DNA of 64,000 nt from a virus: positions 1 through 64,000 of IMG/VR virus record IMGVR_UViG_3300042296_000700; one strand, 5' to 3'. The translations under genes were made by a program, and so were the position numbers. Of this stretch, positions 45,926 through 56,100 are shown one piece after another. Under the pieces are notes generated by a model. That model was not told the DNA's origin. It ran no database searches and saw only the letters and a program-made list of their open reading frames with translations. How positions within the stretch are numbered: position 1 is the stretch's first letter; each line of letters starts with the position of its first letter.

Positions 45926-47085
45926 CTCGTCAACGGATGTTCTTGGACACTTCGTGCGTTGAAGCCGCTCGCGAACGGATGCGACATGTCTACGATACTT
46001 TTGACACTGTTTGCGTACAATTCTCGGGTGGTAAAGACTCAACCGCGATTCTTTATCTTGCAAAAGAAATCCATGAAGAAAGAAACCTTGGACCAGTCAA
46101 GGTAATTTTCAGGGATGAAGAAATGGTCAGCCCATTAGTTATTGACTTCATTATGAAGGTTCGCGACTATGACTGGGTAGACATGGAGTGGTATTGCTTG
46201 CCAGTTGGGCAAGAGGTCTGGGTTCTTGGGCGACGTGAATACTGTTTACTTTGGTCTCCAGAACGAGCAAAAAGAAACATGCTCATTCGTCAGATGCCAT
46301 CGTTTGCTATTCGTGCAGAACATTTTGGGATTGACCCATCACGCCCAATACCTGAAACCATTGACTTCTATACGATGCAAGGCAAAAAGGGTCGTACCGC
46401 TTTCATTACGGGCGTGCGGGCGAATGAGTCAATGATTCGTTATCGTTCCTGTGTTCAGAAACTCCACGAGAATTACATCAATATTCCTTTCAGGATGAAA
46501 AAGTCTGTACCCCTAAGGTTTGCTAAAGTCATTTATGACTGGACAACCGATGACGTTTTAAAGTTTATTACGGAGGAACATAATGGTGAATACTGTGAGT
46601 ATTACGATTTGGCGGCGATTACGGGAAGCAACACGCGCGTGGGCATTCCGCTACATGCAGTGGCGGCACGGCGCTTAGGTGACGTTGTTGCAACAGAGCC
46701 AGAGTTCTTTGACAGGCTCTACGAGTGTTACCCCCATGTGGATGCCCAGCGCCGCTGGTGGAGTGAGTTTAACGTTGAAGGATTAATCGCTCAATACGTT
46801 GATGACGGGTGGGAGGGTGTTCGTGATTGCATTGAAGACAATATGCTCACACCAGGAATACAGGGTGCTGCAATGAAGTTTGCTGGAGAATTCCGTCGCA
46901 AACAAGCAACTGACCCATTCGGCTACCCTCTTGATTCTTTAATCAGGACACTTTTGCTTAATGAGTTTCAGGTGACATCACCTAACCCAGTTGGTCCGAA
47001 AACACGGGCACACACGATACGAACTCTTGCTGCTCAGCAAGAACAAGACCAAAACGACCTAGACAGTTTGGATGATTTTAAATGA
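45922..47085 (+). CDS. PAPS-reductase-family protein (IbrA/YbdN-like)
   Basis: FSGGKDS PP-loop, FRDEE, W.CLP, GVRA.ES..R, IYDW...DV. Confidence 0.88.
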   Translation: MTRQRMFLDTSCVEAARERMRHVYDTFDTVCVQFSGGKDSTAILYLAKEIHEERNLGPVKVIFRDEEMVSPLVIDFIMKVRDYDWVDMEWYCLPVGQEVWVLGRREYCLLWSPERAKRNMLIRQMPSFAIRAEHFGIDPSRPIPETIDFYTMQGKKGRTAFITGVRANESMIRYRSCVQKLHENYINIPFRMKKSVPLRFAKVIYDWTTDDVLKFITEEHNGEYCEYYDLAAITGSNTRVGIPLHAVAARRLGDVVATEPEFFDRLYECYPHVDAQRRWWSEFNVEGLIAQYVDDGWEGVRDCIEDNMLTPGIQGAAMKFAGEFRRKQATDPFGYPLDSLIRTLLLNEFQVTSPNPVGPKTRAHTIRTLAAQQEQDQNDLDSLDDFK

Positions 47086-47627
47086 ACATTATGGACGTGC
47101 CTGTAAATTCTATCAAGCCTGCCCCTTGGAGGGTTAATTACGTTTTGAAACCAGATATGCAATTGTTGAAAATTTCAATGATTGAGTATGGCTGGCTTCA
47201 GCCAATCATTGTTCGGGAGAGCACTGGCGAAATTATTGACGGTTTCCACAGGTGGTTAGTCGCGCAAGATAAAGATTTTTGGAAGAAGTACGGCGATGAT
47301 GTTCCCGTTATCTATAGAGATGTTGACAATATTGATGCGATGATTATGCACGTGCGCCTAAATAGGGCACGCGGTGACATTTTTGCCAAACCGTTCAGCA
47401 AACTTATTAGAACCATTGTCGTTTCTGACAAATATTCAACTGACGACGTGGCAGACATGCTAAATATGTCGGCAGACGAGTTTGACCTCATGGTTACGGG
47501 CGGACTCCTGAAACAACGCAAAATTCCGCAACACCAGTATTCAAAGGCATGGGTTCCCATTGAGGCACCGAGCAAAGACGAACTTGACAAGCGGATTATT
47601 GAGCGTCCACCTAATGCTGATAGATGA
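47082..47627 (+). CDS. ParB-like protein (IbrB/YbdM-like)
   Basis: GW.QPIIV, IIDGFHR, VRLNRARG, YSKAW.P. Confidence 0.88.
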   Translation: MNIMDVPVNSIKPAPWRVNYVLKPDMQLLKISMIEYGWLQPIIVRESTGEIIDGFHRWLVAQDKDFWKKYGDDVPVIYRDVDNIDAMIMHVRLNRARGDIFAKPFSKLIRTIVVSDKYSTDDVADMLNMSADEFDLMVTGGLLKQRKIPQHQYSKAWVPIEAPSKDELDKRIIERPPNADR

Positions 47628-47686
47628 TAAATGAAAGCGATTTAATGTGGTAATGTTGGTCAGACTCGCATTTGGAGGACTGGCTT

Positions 47687-48094
47687 ATGCCCACAAGCAA
47701 TTTAACAGAAGATGTTGAATTTTTAACTGATGTTGATACGCGTGGCGACGTTGTTCGTCGTGCCCGATTCATTCGTCGTCCTCGTCGTGTAGGCGGACGA
47801 AACGTACCAGGAAATGCACGTTACTACCGTCGCCGTCAGCGTGAATTACTCGCTGGCAGGCGCGCGGCACAGCGAGCCGAGCGCGGTGGAGCACGGGCTG
47901 CCGCTGCTGGTCGCGCTGCACGTTCTGCAGGAGGTCGCGCCGCTCGGGCACCACGCGGTGCTGGAGGAGCAGCCCCCGCAGGTGGTCAGCGTCGCGCAGG
48001 GTTACTGACTCGTATTCGCCGCACCATCAGAGATGCCGCACGACGCGTTCAGGCTAACCGCGCTAGAAAACGTCAAGCAGCAAACCGACGATAG
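47687..48094 (+). CDS. Arg-rich protamine-like basic protein
   Basis: GGAGG RBS; about 37 Arg in 135 aa after a short acidic leader. Confidence 0.7.
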   Translation: MPTSNLTEDVEFLTDVDTRGDVVRRARFIRRPRRVGGRNVPGNARYYRRRQRELLAGRRAAQRAERGGARAAAAGRAARSAGGRAARAPRGAGGAAPAGGQRRAGLLTRIRRTIRDAARRVQANRARKRQAANRR

Positions 48095-48108
48095 GGAGGT
48101 AACCAGCC

Positions 48109-48975
48109 ATGCTGGTATCTATTTCTGACCTTTCCATGTATATGGATGTTAGGTTCAGCATTCGTCAAGAAGAGGCTGCTGCATTTATTCTTGAAGGTCT
48201 TCAAAGTGAACTTGAGGGCTACTTGCGTCGTCCTGTGGAACTAACAGATTTTGTAGAGACTTATGTTCTTGAATCAAACTTTGTTGGTGTACCGATGTCG
48301 TCGTTCTTCTCAAATGAGACATCCACGTCAGATGACTCTATTGGGACGGTTACATACGCTCAGCCTCCGCAGACTATCTATATTCGTAATTCTCCAGTTG
48401 TTTCGGTGCAGCAGGTGGCTGTTTCCAGTCTTACCGAAACTGGTCGTGTTCTTGGCGAAGCGGTAAGAAGGACTGCAAACATCACTTCGGTAACTGTCGC
48501 TGGAACAACTGTTACCTATACGGCTGCCAACCACGGTTTTACTGTTGGGCAGAACATTAAGGTAAGTGGTTTGAGTACTGCTGCTTTAAATCTTTCTTCT
48601 AATGTAATTTCTTCTGTTACTACTACTACTTTCACAGTGACACAAACTGGTCTTACTGCGGGAACTTTCGCTCAAACTGGAACAGTGGTTGCAGTCGGAA
48701 ATGATTACACCGTCAGAAGGTATGGAATTGACTTCTATCGTGGTTTTGCTAATGACGTCGTCACCATCTCCTACAAAGCAGGTTTGGCGGGAGATGGCAT
48801 AAAGGTTTTCCGTTTGATGATTCTTCGTGCCGCTACACGCGAAATGCAAAACATGCACGATGACGTTGTAGGTATTAAGGACTTGGAGACAAGAAATGTC
48901 GCTTCCCTTGAAACTGGTTTCCTTGAAAAAGAACTTGCCGCAGTAAAACGCTGGCGACGGAGCCGCGTCTCTTGA
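48109..48975 (+). CDS. head-tail adaptor with an inserted Thr-rich beta domain
   Basis: LVS.SDL..Y, ELEGYL.R, VT.SY.AG; insert ...TYTAANHGFTVGQ.I.VSG...TFTV. Confidence 0.75.
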   Translation: MLVSISDLSMYMDVRFSIRQEEAAAFILEGLQSELEGYLRRPVELTDFVETYVLESNFVGVPMSSFFSNETSTSDDSIGTVTYAQPPQTIYIRNSPVVSVQQVAVSSLTETGRVLGEAVRRTANITSVTVAGTTVTYTAANHGFTVGQNIKVSGLSTAALNLSSNVISSVTTTTFTVTQTGLTAGTFAQTGTVVAVGNDYTVRRYGIDFYRGFANDVVTISYKAGLAGDGIKVFRLMILRAATREMQNMHDDVVGIKDLETRNVASLETGFLEKELAAVKRWRRSRVS

Positions 48976-49430
48976 TTCGCATAAACATTGAATGTGATGC
49001 GGATGATGCCATCAAGTTCCTTGATGGGATGATTGACCGTAGTCAAAATTTTACGGTTGTTTTTCAATGGGCTAAAAGATATTTGGCTAAAGCAAATTCG
49101 GAGAACTTTACTAGTGGTGGGTTGCCTGTTGGTGGTTGGTCTCCTTTGAAGCCTAAGTATTCTGCATGGAAGGCAGTGAGATTCCCCGGCATGCCGCTCA
49201 TGCAGCAAACTGGAAAGTTGTTTCGTGACTTAGCGAGCCTTAATGGTTCCCCTAATGAGATAAATCCAACTAGCGCAACATTCGGAACACGTATTGAATA
49301 TGCTAAATTTCATCAGTATGGGACGACGCGCATGCCGAAGCGAGAAATTGTTTTTGAACCACCATTGTTCGCCAAGGAATTGGCAGAAAAGGCAGCCAAG
49401 CACGTTGTTGGGAAAGCGGGTGCTTTGTAA
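48972..49430 (+). CDS. virion morphogenesis / neck protein (Mu gpG-like)
   Basis: W.PL.P.Y, TG.L...L, GT..EYAKFHQYGT.RMP.R. Confidence 0.8.
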   Translation: MIRINIECDADDAIKFLDGMIDRSQNFTVVFQWAKRYLAKANSENFTSGGLPVGGWSPLKPKYSAWKAVRFPGMPLMQQTGKLFRDLASLNGSPNEINPTSATFGTRIEYAKFHQYGTTRMPKREIVFEPPLFAKELAEKAAKHVVGKAGAL

Positions 49431-50026
49431 TGCCTAGTAACGAAGATGTTGTCATGTTTGGCGCCCATTACGCTAAAGAGGTTGTAAATAATTACCTTGA
49501 ATATGATATCCCGCGACGCCTAATCAGATACAGGAATGCATGGGGCGTGGACGACTACGCACTTCCCTCGCCGCAAAAGTATTTGGTGTACGAGCCAATC
49601 GCTCTTGACCATTGGCCGACGCTGATTACCGTTGTTATCTCCACAAATTCATTTGACAGAATGATGAATTATGGTGGCGGTGACCCCCTTTACCGTGTTT
49701 CTTATTCAATGCGAACATACATTTGGGCTAAGACTGAGGGTTCAGAGGAAGTCACGTTGATGCGTGACAGGCTTTCTACTGTCGTCAGGTCTGCGTTGCT
49801 TGACTCGCCTTGCATGAAGGGTCTTTCGCAACCAGTTGTGGATGTAATGCTTGACGAAAGCACGATGAGGGAAGAGTTTTCTGATTTGACGCTCATAAAA
49901 GGCGACCGTGTACTAGCGGGAGCATACATAGGGTATGATTTATACTTGAACGAACTTGTTTACCGTCAACCTATTGGTGAGGTAACAGAGATTGAAACAG
50001 AAACCATCAATATGCGAGGTTTGTAA
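49430..50026 (+). CDS. tail terminator/completion protein
   Basis: Synteny between neck and sheath genes; size. Confidence 0.6.
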   Translation: MPSNEDVVMFGAHYAKEVVNNYLEYDIPRRLIRYRNAWGVDDYALPSPQKYLVYEPIALDHWPTLITVVISTNSFDRMMNYGGGDPLYRVSYSMRTYIWAKTEGSEEVTLMRDRLSTVVRSALLDSPCMKGLSQPVVDVMLDESTMREEFSDLTLIKGDRVLAGAYIGYDLYLNELVYRQPIGEVTEIETETINMRGL

Positions 50027-50394
50027 TGGCACAAATTAATGTATGGAACGCGACAAGTCATGTTGTAGTTCTTGACAACGGCGCAATGCTTGACCCAGCG
50101 CAAATTTCATCGGCAGACGGCGACGACGAGGGTATCAAAGCACTTCTTCAAAATGGTGAAATTATCAACGTAGACGCCGTGGAAGAGGCTCCCCAGCCAC
50201 TGCCAAGTGTTGAAGAGATGAATGAGGATTCGGCAAAATATGCCGCAAAATCAAAATCTACAAAATCAAAACGGAATGTTTCTGAAGATACTGAAGTCAG
50301 CGAAGAAAATACAGTACAATTACTTAGCGATTCAAACAACGAAGTTGAAAATGAGACACCGTCTGATTCAATACTTCCTGAAGATAGCGAATGA
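50026..50394 (+). CDS. acidic hypothetical protein
   Basis: ORF immediately upstream of the sheath gene. Confidence 0.55.
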   Translation: MAQINVWNATSHVVVLDNGAMLDPAQISSADGDDEGIKALLQNGEIINVDAVEEAPQPLPSVEEMNEDSAKYAAKSKSTKSKRNVSEDTEVSEENTVQLLSDSNNEVENETPSDSILPEDSE

Positions 50395-50456
50395 CTTGAG
50401 TATAATCACTCAAAGAAGAATTCATTAGAGTTTTCAATTAGCACGGAGGATGGCGA

Positions 50457-51935
50457 ATGCCTGGTGTACAAATTACAACTGCAGTACGTACAGGGCCTGC
50501 AGTAACTGGTACTGCTCCCGACTCAACATTTTTTATTGTTGGTCGTACGGAGCGAGGGACAGACTCTGGGGCTAAACTCGTAACTAGTCTTGATGAGTAC
50601 GTAACGTACTTTGGTGGCTACGTAGCCGACCAGTACACTTACTCAAGTGTTCGCACGTTCTTTGAAGAGGGTGGAGCAAATTGCTACGTCTCTCGCGCAT
50701 CTGCTGCTGACGGCGTTGCTGCCTTCCGTGACTGCGCCGCCGCAACAGGCGGAATCAAACTTACTGCTGTCGGCAAGGGAACATGGGGCAATAATATCGG
50801 CATTCTTGTTACCGTCGCTGGTGGCACGATGGCTGTCACGTTAACCTACGGAGCAACCCCTGTAACATTTTTCTCTGTAACCGTCAGCAGCATTGCTGAA
50901 CTTGTTACAGCATTAGAGAACGACCTTGTCGCCCCTAACTATGTTTCTGTTGCGCTTCTCGCTTCAACAAACACAAGCACCCTCCTCACAACGATGGCTA
51001 CAGCAGGTTCACTTGCAACTGGTTCTGACGGCGCCATTGCTCTTACCGATTACACCGCCGCACTTGGCGACTTCACCGAAGAACTCGGTGGCGGATGTGT
51101 AGCAATCCCAGGTGTCGCTACTGGCACAATCGGCACAGACGACGATGTCTATGAAGCAATCAAGACACACGCCATGCAGTTCAACCGCATCGGTCTCTGT
51201 TCTTTCGCAAGCGGAGCATCAGATTCAGCGGTTCGTACGAACTCAACAACGTACGGCGCTTCTGACAACACTGGTCACGAATACCTTGCATTCTTCTACC
51301 CATGGGTAACAATCCCATCAGGTACTGGCGTCACACTCACCATTCCGCCTGAAGGATATGTTGCAGCCGTACGGTCAAAGACACAGAACTCAACTGGTTC
51401 ATGGAAAGCGTATGCTGGTGTTGCTTCAAATGCACGATTCGTCACTGGAATCGCTACCGCCATCAGTGCAACCACTGGCGACCTGCTTGACGCAGCACGC
51501 GTCAACGCACTTCGTGTGATTTCTAACGACATCCGCATCTACGGTGCCCGTTCACACTCAACGGTGACTGCACAGTGGCGTTTCATCACGGCACGTGAAG
51601 TTATCAACTATGTGGTCAACCAAGCCAACATCGCTCTTGAGCCGCTCGTTTTCTCAACAATTGATGGTCGTAAGACGATTTATGCTGACGTTACTGCAGC
51701 ACTTCAGTCAGTGCTTGAACCAGTCCGTATCGCTGGAGGCTTGTACGAAGGCTTCAACGCTGCTGGCAAGCGCCTTGACTACGGTTACACCATCAAGGTT
51801 GATGACGCTCTGAACCCTGCAAGTCAACTGGAAACAGGACTTATCAAGGCTCAGGTCGGTATCCGAGTCTCCACTATTGGTGACAAGATTACTGTCAATA
51901 TCGTTAAGTCAAACCTGACAACCGCTCTGGTATAA
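50457..51935 (+). CDS. contractile tail sheath protein
   Basis: MPGV, G.TERG, FF.EGG..CY, G.WGN.I, FYPWV, PP.G..A, IYGARS. Confidence 0.93.
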   Translation: MPGVQITTAVRTGPAVTGTAPDSTFFIVGRTERGTDSGAKLVTSLDEYVTYFGGYVADQYTYSSVRTFFEEGGANCYVSRASAADGVAAFRDCAAATGGIKLTAVGKGTWGNNIGILVTVAGGTMAVTLTYGATPVTFFSVTVSSIAELVTALENDLVAPNYVSVALLASTNTSTLLTTMATAGSLATGSDGAIALTDYTAALGDFTEELGGGCVAIPGVATGTIGTDDDVYEAIKTHAMQFNRIGLCSFASGASDSAVRTNSTTYGASDNTGHEYLAFFYPWVTIPSGTGVTLTIPPEGYVAAVRSKTQNSTGSWKAYAGVASNARFVTGIATAISATTGDLLDAARVNALRVISNDIRIYGARSHSTVTAQWRFITAREVINYVVNQANIALEPLVFSTIDGRKTIYADVTAALQSVLEPVRIAGGLYEGFNAAGKRLDYGYTIKVDDALNPASQLETGLIKAQVGIRVSTIGDKITVNIVKSNLTTALV

Positions 51936-51945
51936 CGGAGGAAAA

Positions 51946-52410
51946 ATGCCTGATTCAATGCGTAAACTCGCAGCACAACGCCAGATTGTGGCGAAGATTG
52001 CACCAAGTGTCTCTGGCACTGGTCAACTCTTTGCCGACTACTTCACACAGGTTTCTGGTGGAGAGATTTCCGCTTCCGTGGAAAAGGTCTACCACGGCAA
52101 GTCGTTGTTCCCTGAGACACTGTGTGCCCCAGCAGAAATTGGCGACATCACCGTTACTGGCTATGTCTCCTATGACTCTTCGTTTCTTGTCAAGTTGCAA
52201 GACCTCCGTCAACTGGTAGGTCGTATCTATTACGATATTACTGTTCAAATATTTGACTGTGACCTTAGTGTTCCTGGTGCTGACCGCTTCTACTCCAAGG
52301 CTCTCCTTGTTGGTTTGAGCGAAGGCGAAGGCGATGCCTCCTCGGGAACTCCAGCAACTTTTGCGCTGACCTTCAGTATTTCAACTGTTTCTGTTCCAGC
52401 AACAGCATAA
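51946..52410 (+). CDS. tail tube protein
   Basis: Follows the sheath gene; F..VSGG.I, DITV, DA.SG. Confidence 0.8.
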   Translation: MPDSMRKLAAQRQIVAKIAPSVSGTGQLFADYFTQVSGGEISASVEKVYHGKSLFPETLCAPAEIGDITVTGYVSYDSSFLVKLQDLRQLVGRIYYDITVQIFDCDLSVPGADRFYSKALLVGLSEGEGDASSGTPATFALTFSISTVSVPATA

Positions 52411-52464
52411 TTTTTTAAGGCAAGTTGCACTTGCGCTCAAGAAATATAGTGCTAGGCTCACGGC

Positions 52465-52983
52465 ATGGATGAAAACAACTCATATTCAATCGTAAGCAAT
52501 ATCCCTAGTGATACAAGCGACGAATCGTCAAACAATGTGCTGGCTGCTCTTAAGGCTGTTATCAGCAAGAGCGTAAAACGCCCTGACATTTATATTGAGA
52601 TTCCAGAACGCCCAGGCGTTTCTGTGCGTGTTTCACCGAATATCACACAGCAACAGTTGAAAGCATGGCGCAAAAACGCTGGCGATGACACTAAGGCTGG
52701 AATGGACACCGTCAAGTTTGCTTGTGCCGTTATTGGTCATACGACAACTGGCATCGCTTTCAACAACGAAATTGTTAGCGATGACCGTGGAACTGCTGTC
52801 ACTTTCGCTTCGCCAGAAATCCTTGCGATGACGAACACGACACGCCCACTGCCAGATTGTGTAAAAGCATTCTTTGGTATTGAGCCTCACGTTGAAGCAG
52901 CCGCTGTAGCCATCATGGAGGCTTCAGGTTACGGAGATACGGTGGAAACCGCGGACCCTACGAGGACGTCCTCTTCAGACTGA
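52465..52983 (+). CDS. tail assembly chaperone (G-like)
   Basis: Between the tube and tape measure genes; ends ...DPTRTSSSD. Confidence 0.75.
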   Translation: MDENNSYSIVSNIPSDTSDESSNNVLAALKAVISKSVKRPDIYIEIPERPGVSVRVSPNITQQQLKAWRKNAGDDTKAGMDTVKFACAVIGHTTTGIAFNNEIVSDDRGTAVTFASPEILAMTNTTRPLPDCVKAFFGIEPHVEAAAVAIMEASGYGDTVETADPTRTSSSD

Positions 52984-53162
52984 CTGAGGACGTCAGAATA
53001 GTAAATGCCGCCCGTTTGGGTGAATTATTTGGGACAGACCCCATAGCGTTGCTCAACTGCTCAGAAGATGAGTGGCTCATAAGATTTGCCTGTGCTAAAG
53101 TTATAGAGCAAGACCGTGAGCGACAGGCTAAAGAGTCTGAAAGAACTCGTGGTAAATTTTAA
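52956..53162 (+). CDS. tail assembly chaperone C-terminal extension in the -1 frame (T-like)
   Basis: 68-codon open frame without an in-frame ATG, overlapping the TAC end at GAC CCT ACG. Confidence 0.6.
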   Translation, partial: PYEDVLFRLTEDVRIVNAARLGELFGTDPIALLNCSEDEWLIRFACAKVIEQDRERQAKESERTRGKF

Positions 53163-53186
53163 ATAGTTTACGCTTTTGGGGTTCGC

Positions 53187-56100
53187 ATGGCTGAGCAAGT
53201 CACCATTAAAATTAATGTAAAGGCTGACACTGCTGCTATTGAACGCCTCAGGGCACAGTTAAAGTCGCTTTGCCGTGAAGCCGACGATTGTAGCGACACT
53301 TTTGACAAGTACTCCAAAGGACTAAACACCACTAGTACTAGCCAAAAGAAGTTGACAAATACCACAGATGACAACTCTTCAGCAATAAAAAGATTGTCTG
53401 GCGCTACACGTGGGGCAGGGAACGATAACCGCAAGTTTGGCAAGAGCATGGGGATGCTATCCAAGGTTGGAAAATTTTTTGGCAACATGCTCATGGGAGT
53501 AGCCAAGTTAGGTTTTAAATATCTTGCTATTGAAGCGGCTCTCGCGGCAGCAGTTATTGCCTCATCCGTAGTCTGGTTTAAGGTCGCTAGTGCTTCCGCT
53601 AAAGGCTATCAGATGGCTGTTGCAGGTGCTGGATACGCTTTAACGGTGTTTGCTGCGGCTGGGTCGGCATTTCTGGCTGCTCAAGAACAATTTGCCTCCG
53701 TTCAATTTGCCCCCATGTTCACCGAAGGATTAGTGAACACTAGCGACAAGTTTGAAGCAGCGAACCTTGCTATGAAGTCGTTTGTTAACGATTCGCAACT
53801 GGCAGTTTTTGGCACTAAAGCATTGTCGGGTGCATTTGCTGAAATGGCAAAAAACTTAGACGGTCAGAAACTTGGTCAAGCCACTGGCGCCCTGAGGCAA
53901 ATGGGAAATGTTGCTGCTGGCATGGGCGGGGATATTGGTAAGAACTTTGGTGACGTATCCAAGTTTGTTACCTCGTTCATGAAGGAAGGAAAATTAACCG
54001 ACAAGGTTAAGACGCAGGGTGAAGAACTTAGTCCGATATTCAAAAAAGTTATGGAAGAGCAAGTCAAGGCTGGCAACACGACTTATGAAAAGTTTATGGC
54101 GACGGTTGGGGACAACGAGACATTTAAGGAAGCATACGGCGGACAATTAGATGCGTTGAATGACACCGTTGTGGGTCGTTTCAAGTCTGCTATTACAGAA
54201 ATTAAAAAGAGTTTTACTTCTATGGGTGCACCTATGCTCGGTCCTCTCACTAAGGCTATTGGTAAAATTAAGAATCTTATTTTGGCGATGTTGATACGTG
54301 TCCGTGGAAGTGTTGAGGAGGTTGGTTCGGGGAGCCTTCTTAACGGACTGATTAAAGGGGTGGAAAAACTTACTCTCCTTATGGGGCGGATGATGACATC
54401 CGACATGGCGCAGGCTGGTGGTGCTGTTGATAAAATAAAAAACGGGTGGAAGTCTGTTCTCAGGGTTTTTGAAAAAATTTCTGATTATCTGCGTCCTTTG
54501 CAGGAATCGGCACGAGTTCTGTTTGCTGCTCTGCAACCCATTCTTGGTGCGCTGTTTGGGAATCTTGATAACACAATTCAAGGCTTGTCTAAATCACTTA
54601 TTGACAACAAAGACAAGTTCATTCAGTTCACCACAGGTATTGCCAACTTTATTAAACAGGTCGGCGCATTCGGCATGGTGATAAAAGATATTTTCATTTC
54701 GGCTATGCCATTTTTGAGCATAATGTTAAGTACTTTTACGTTGATTTTTAAGGCTGTAACTAATTTAGTTGACGCAATAATGGACCTTTCTGGACCTCTA
54801 GATGTTATTGCTGGTCCGATGCTTGCTATTGCTGGCATCGCTGGCGTCATGGGTGGAAAGGCATTATTTAAAGGCGCTGGAGGAGCCACGGGCTTGTTGG
54901 GCAAAGGGATGCAGAAGGCAGGTGGCGGAGGGGCGCTATCAAAAATTGGGGGTGCGGTCGCAACTAATGCGGCAACGATGACTGTTAATGCTGGTGTCGT
55001 GAATGTTTTGGGAGGTGCTGCAGGGGCGGCGGCAAGTTCAGCAGCAGACCTTGCTACTGGCGGAGGCAAGGCTGGCAAAGGTGGAATGTTGTCAAGAGTG
55101 AAAGGTTTTTTGAAGGGACCTGGAAAATTAGCGAAGATTGGCAAAGTGGCTGGTCCAGCCGCTTTATTGGCTGCTGGTGCTTATGGTGCTCACAAGATTG
55201 GCGACTTCGCAGGTAGTAAATTTAAAGACAACTCAATCAAGTCAAAGGCAGGCGGTGCGCTTACTGGTGCGGCAGGCGGAGCAGCGATTGGTGCAGCAGT
55301 TGGGTCAGTAGTACCAGTTGTTGGTACTGCCATGGGTGCAGTCGTTGGAGGAATTATTGGCGGTGTAAGCGGCTGGTTCTCGGCAGGAAAAAATAAAACA
55401 AAAGCCCAAAAAGCGGCAAAGAATATGGTGGAGTCTTACACGAGCGCGGTTGACGAGGCTTTCGCAGACGGTGATGTTGATGCTCTACTAGAGTTAAAAG
55501 ACGGAATGTTGGCACAAATCGCGGAGTCTGCTGCGGGGGACATAGAGGTATACAACGCGGAAATTGCAAAACTCCAACCCGAATTAGACAAAATCAATAA
55601 TCGCATAGAAAAGTTCTCGTCAAACGCCGAACAAATGGCTAAATGGCTTGGCATAGATGGCGACAAAATGAACGAACTGACCGAAAAATTTGGTTTCCAA
55701 TTCCAAACCAGATTTGTCAGCATTTTTGAAGTCATTGGCAGGGCAGGCGAAGAACTTGGTACTGACCTCGCCACGTTCTTTAAAGATGTCATTGACGAAA
55801 TGAATCAGAAACAGAACGCTGGAATTTTGGATTTGATGGACCAGCCAGCAAAAATTGCTGCACTTGGTAAGGAAGTTGATGCCTCGCAAGCCGCATATAT
55901 GAGCGGCGACAACACTGATGAAGCAAAAGATAAACTAATCAAAGACCAATATGCGTATGCCTTAGAACAAACTGGTGGCGATGCGATGAAGGCTCTCGCT
56001 TTAACTCAAGACATGTTTAAGCAAGGTGACTTAGCGGGGGGCGCATACGAGGGTAAGGGTCAGGCTCTCCTAGACCGCATGGGTGCGGGTGGAATGGGTC

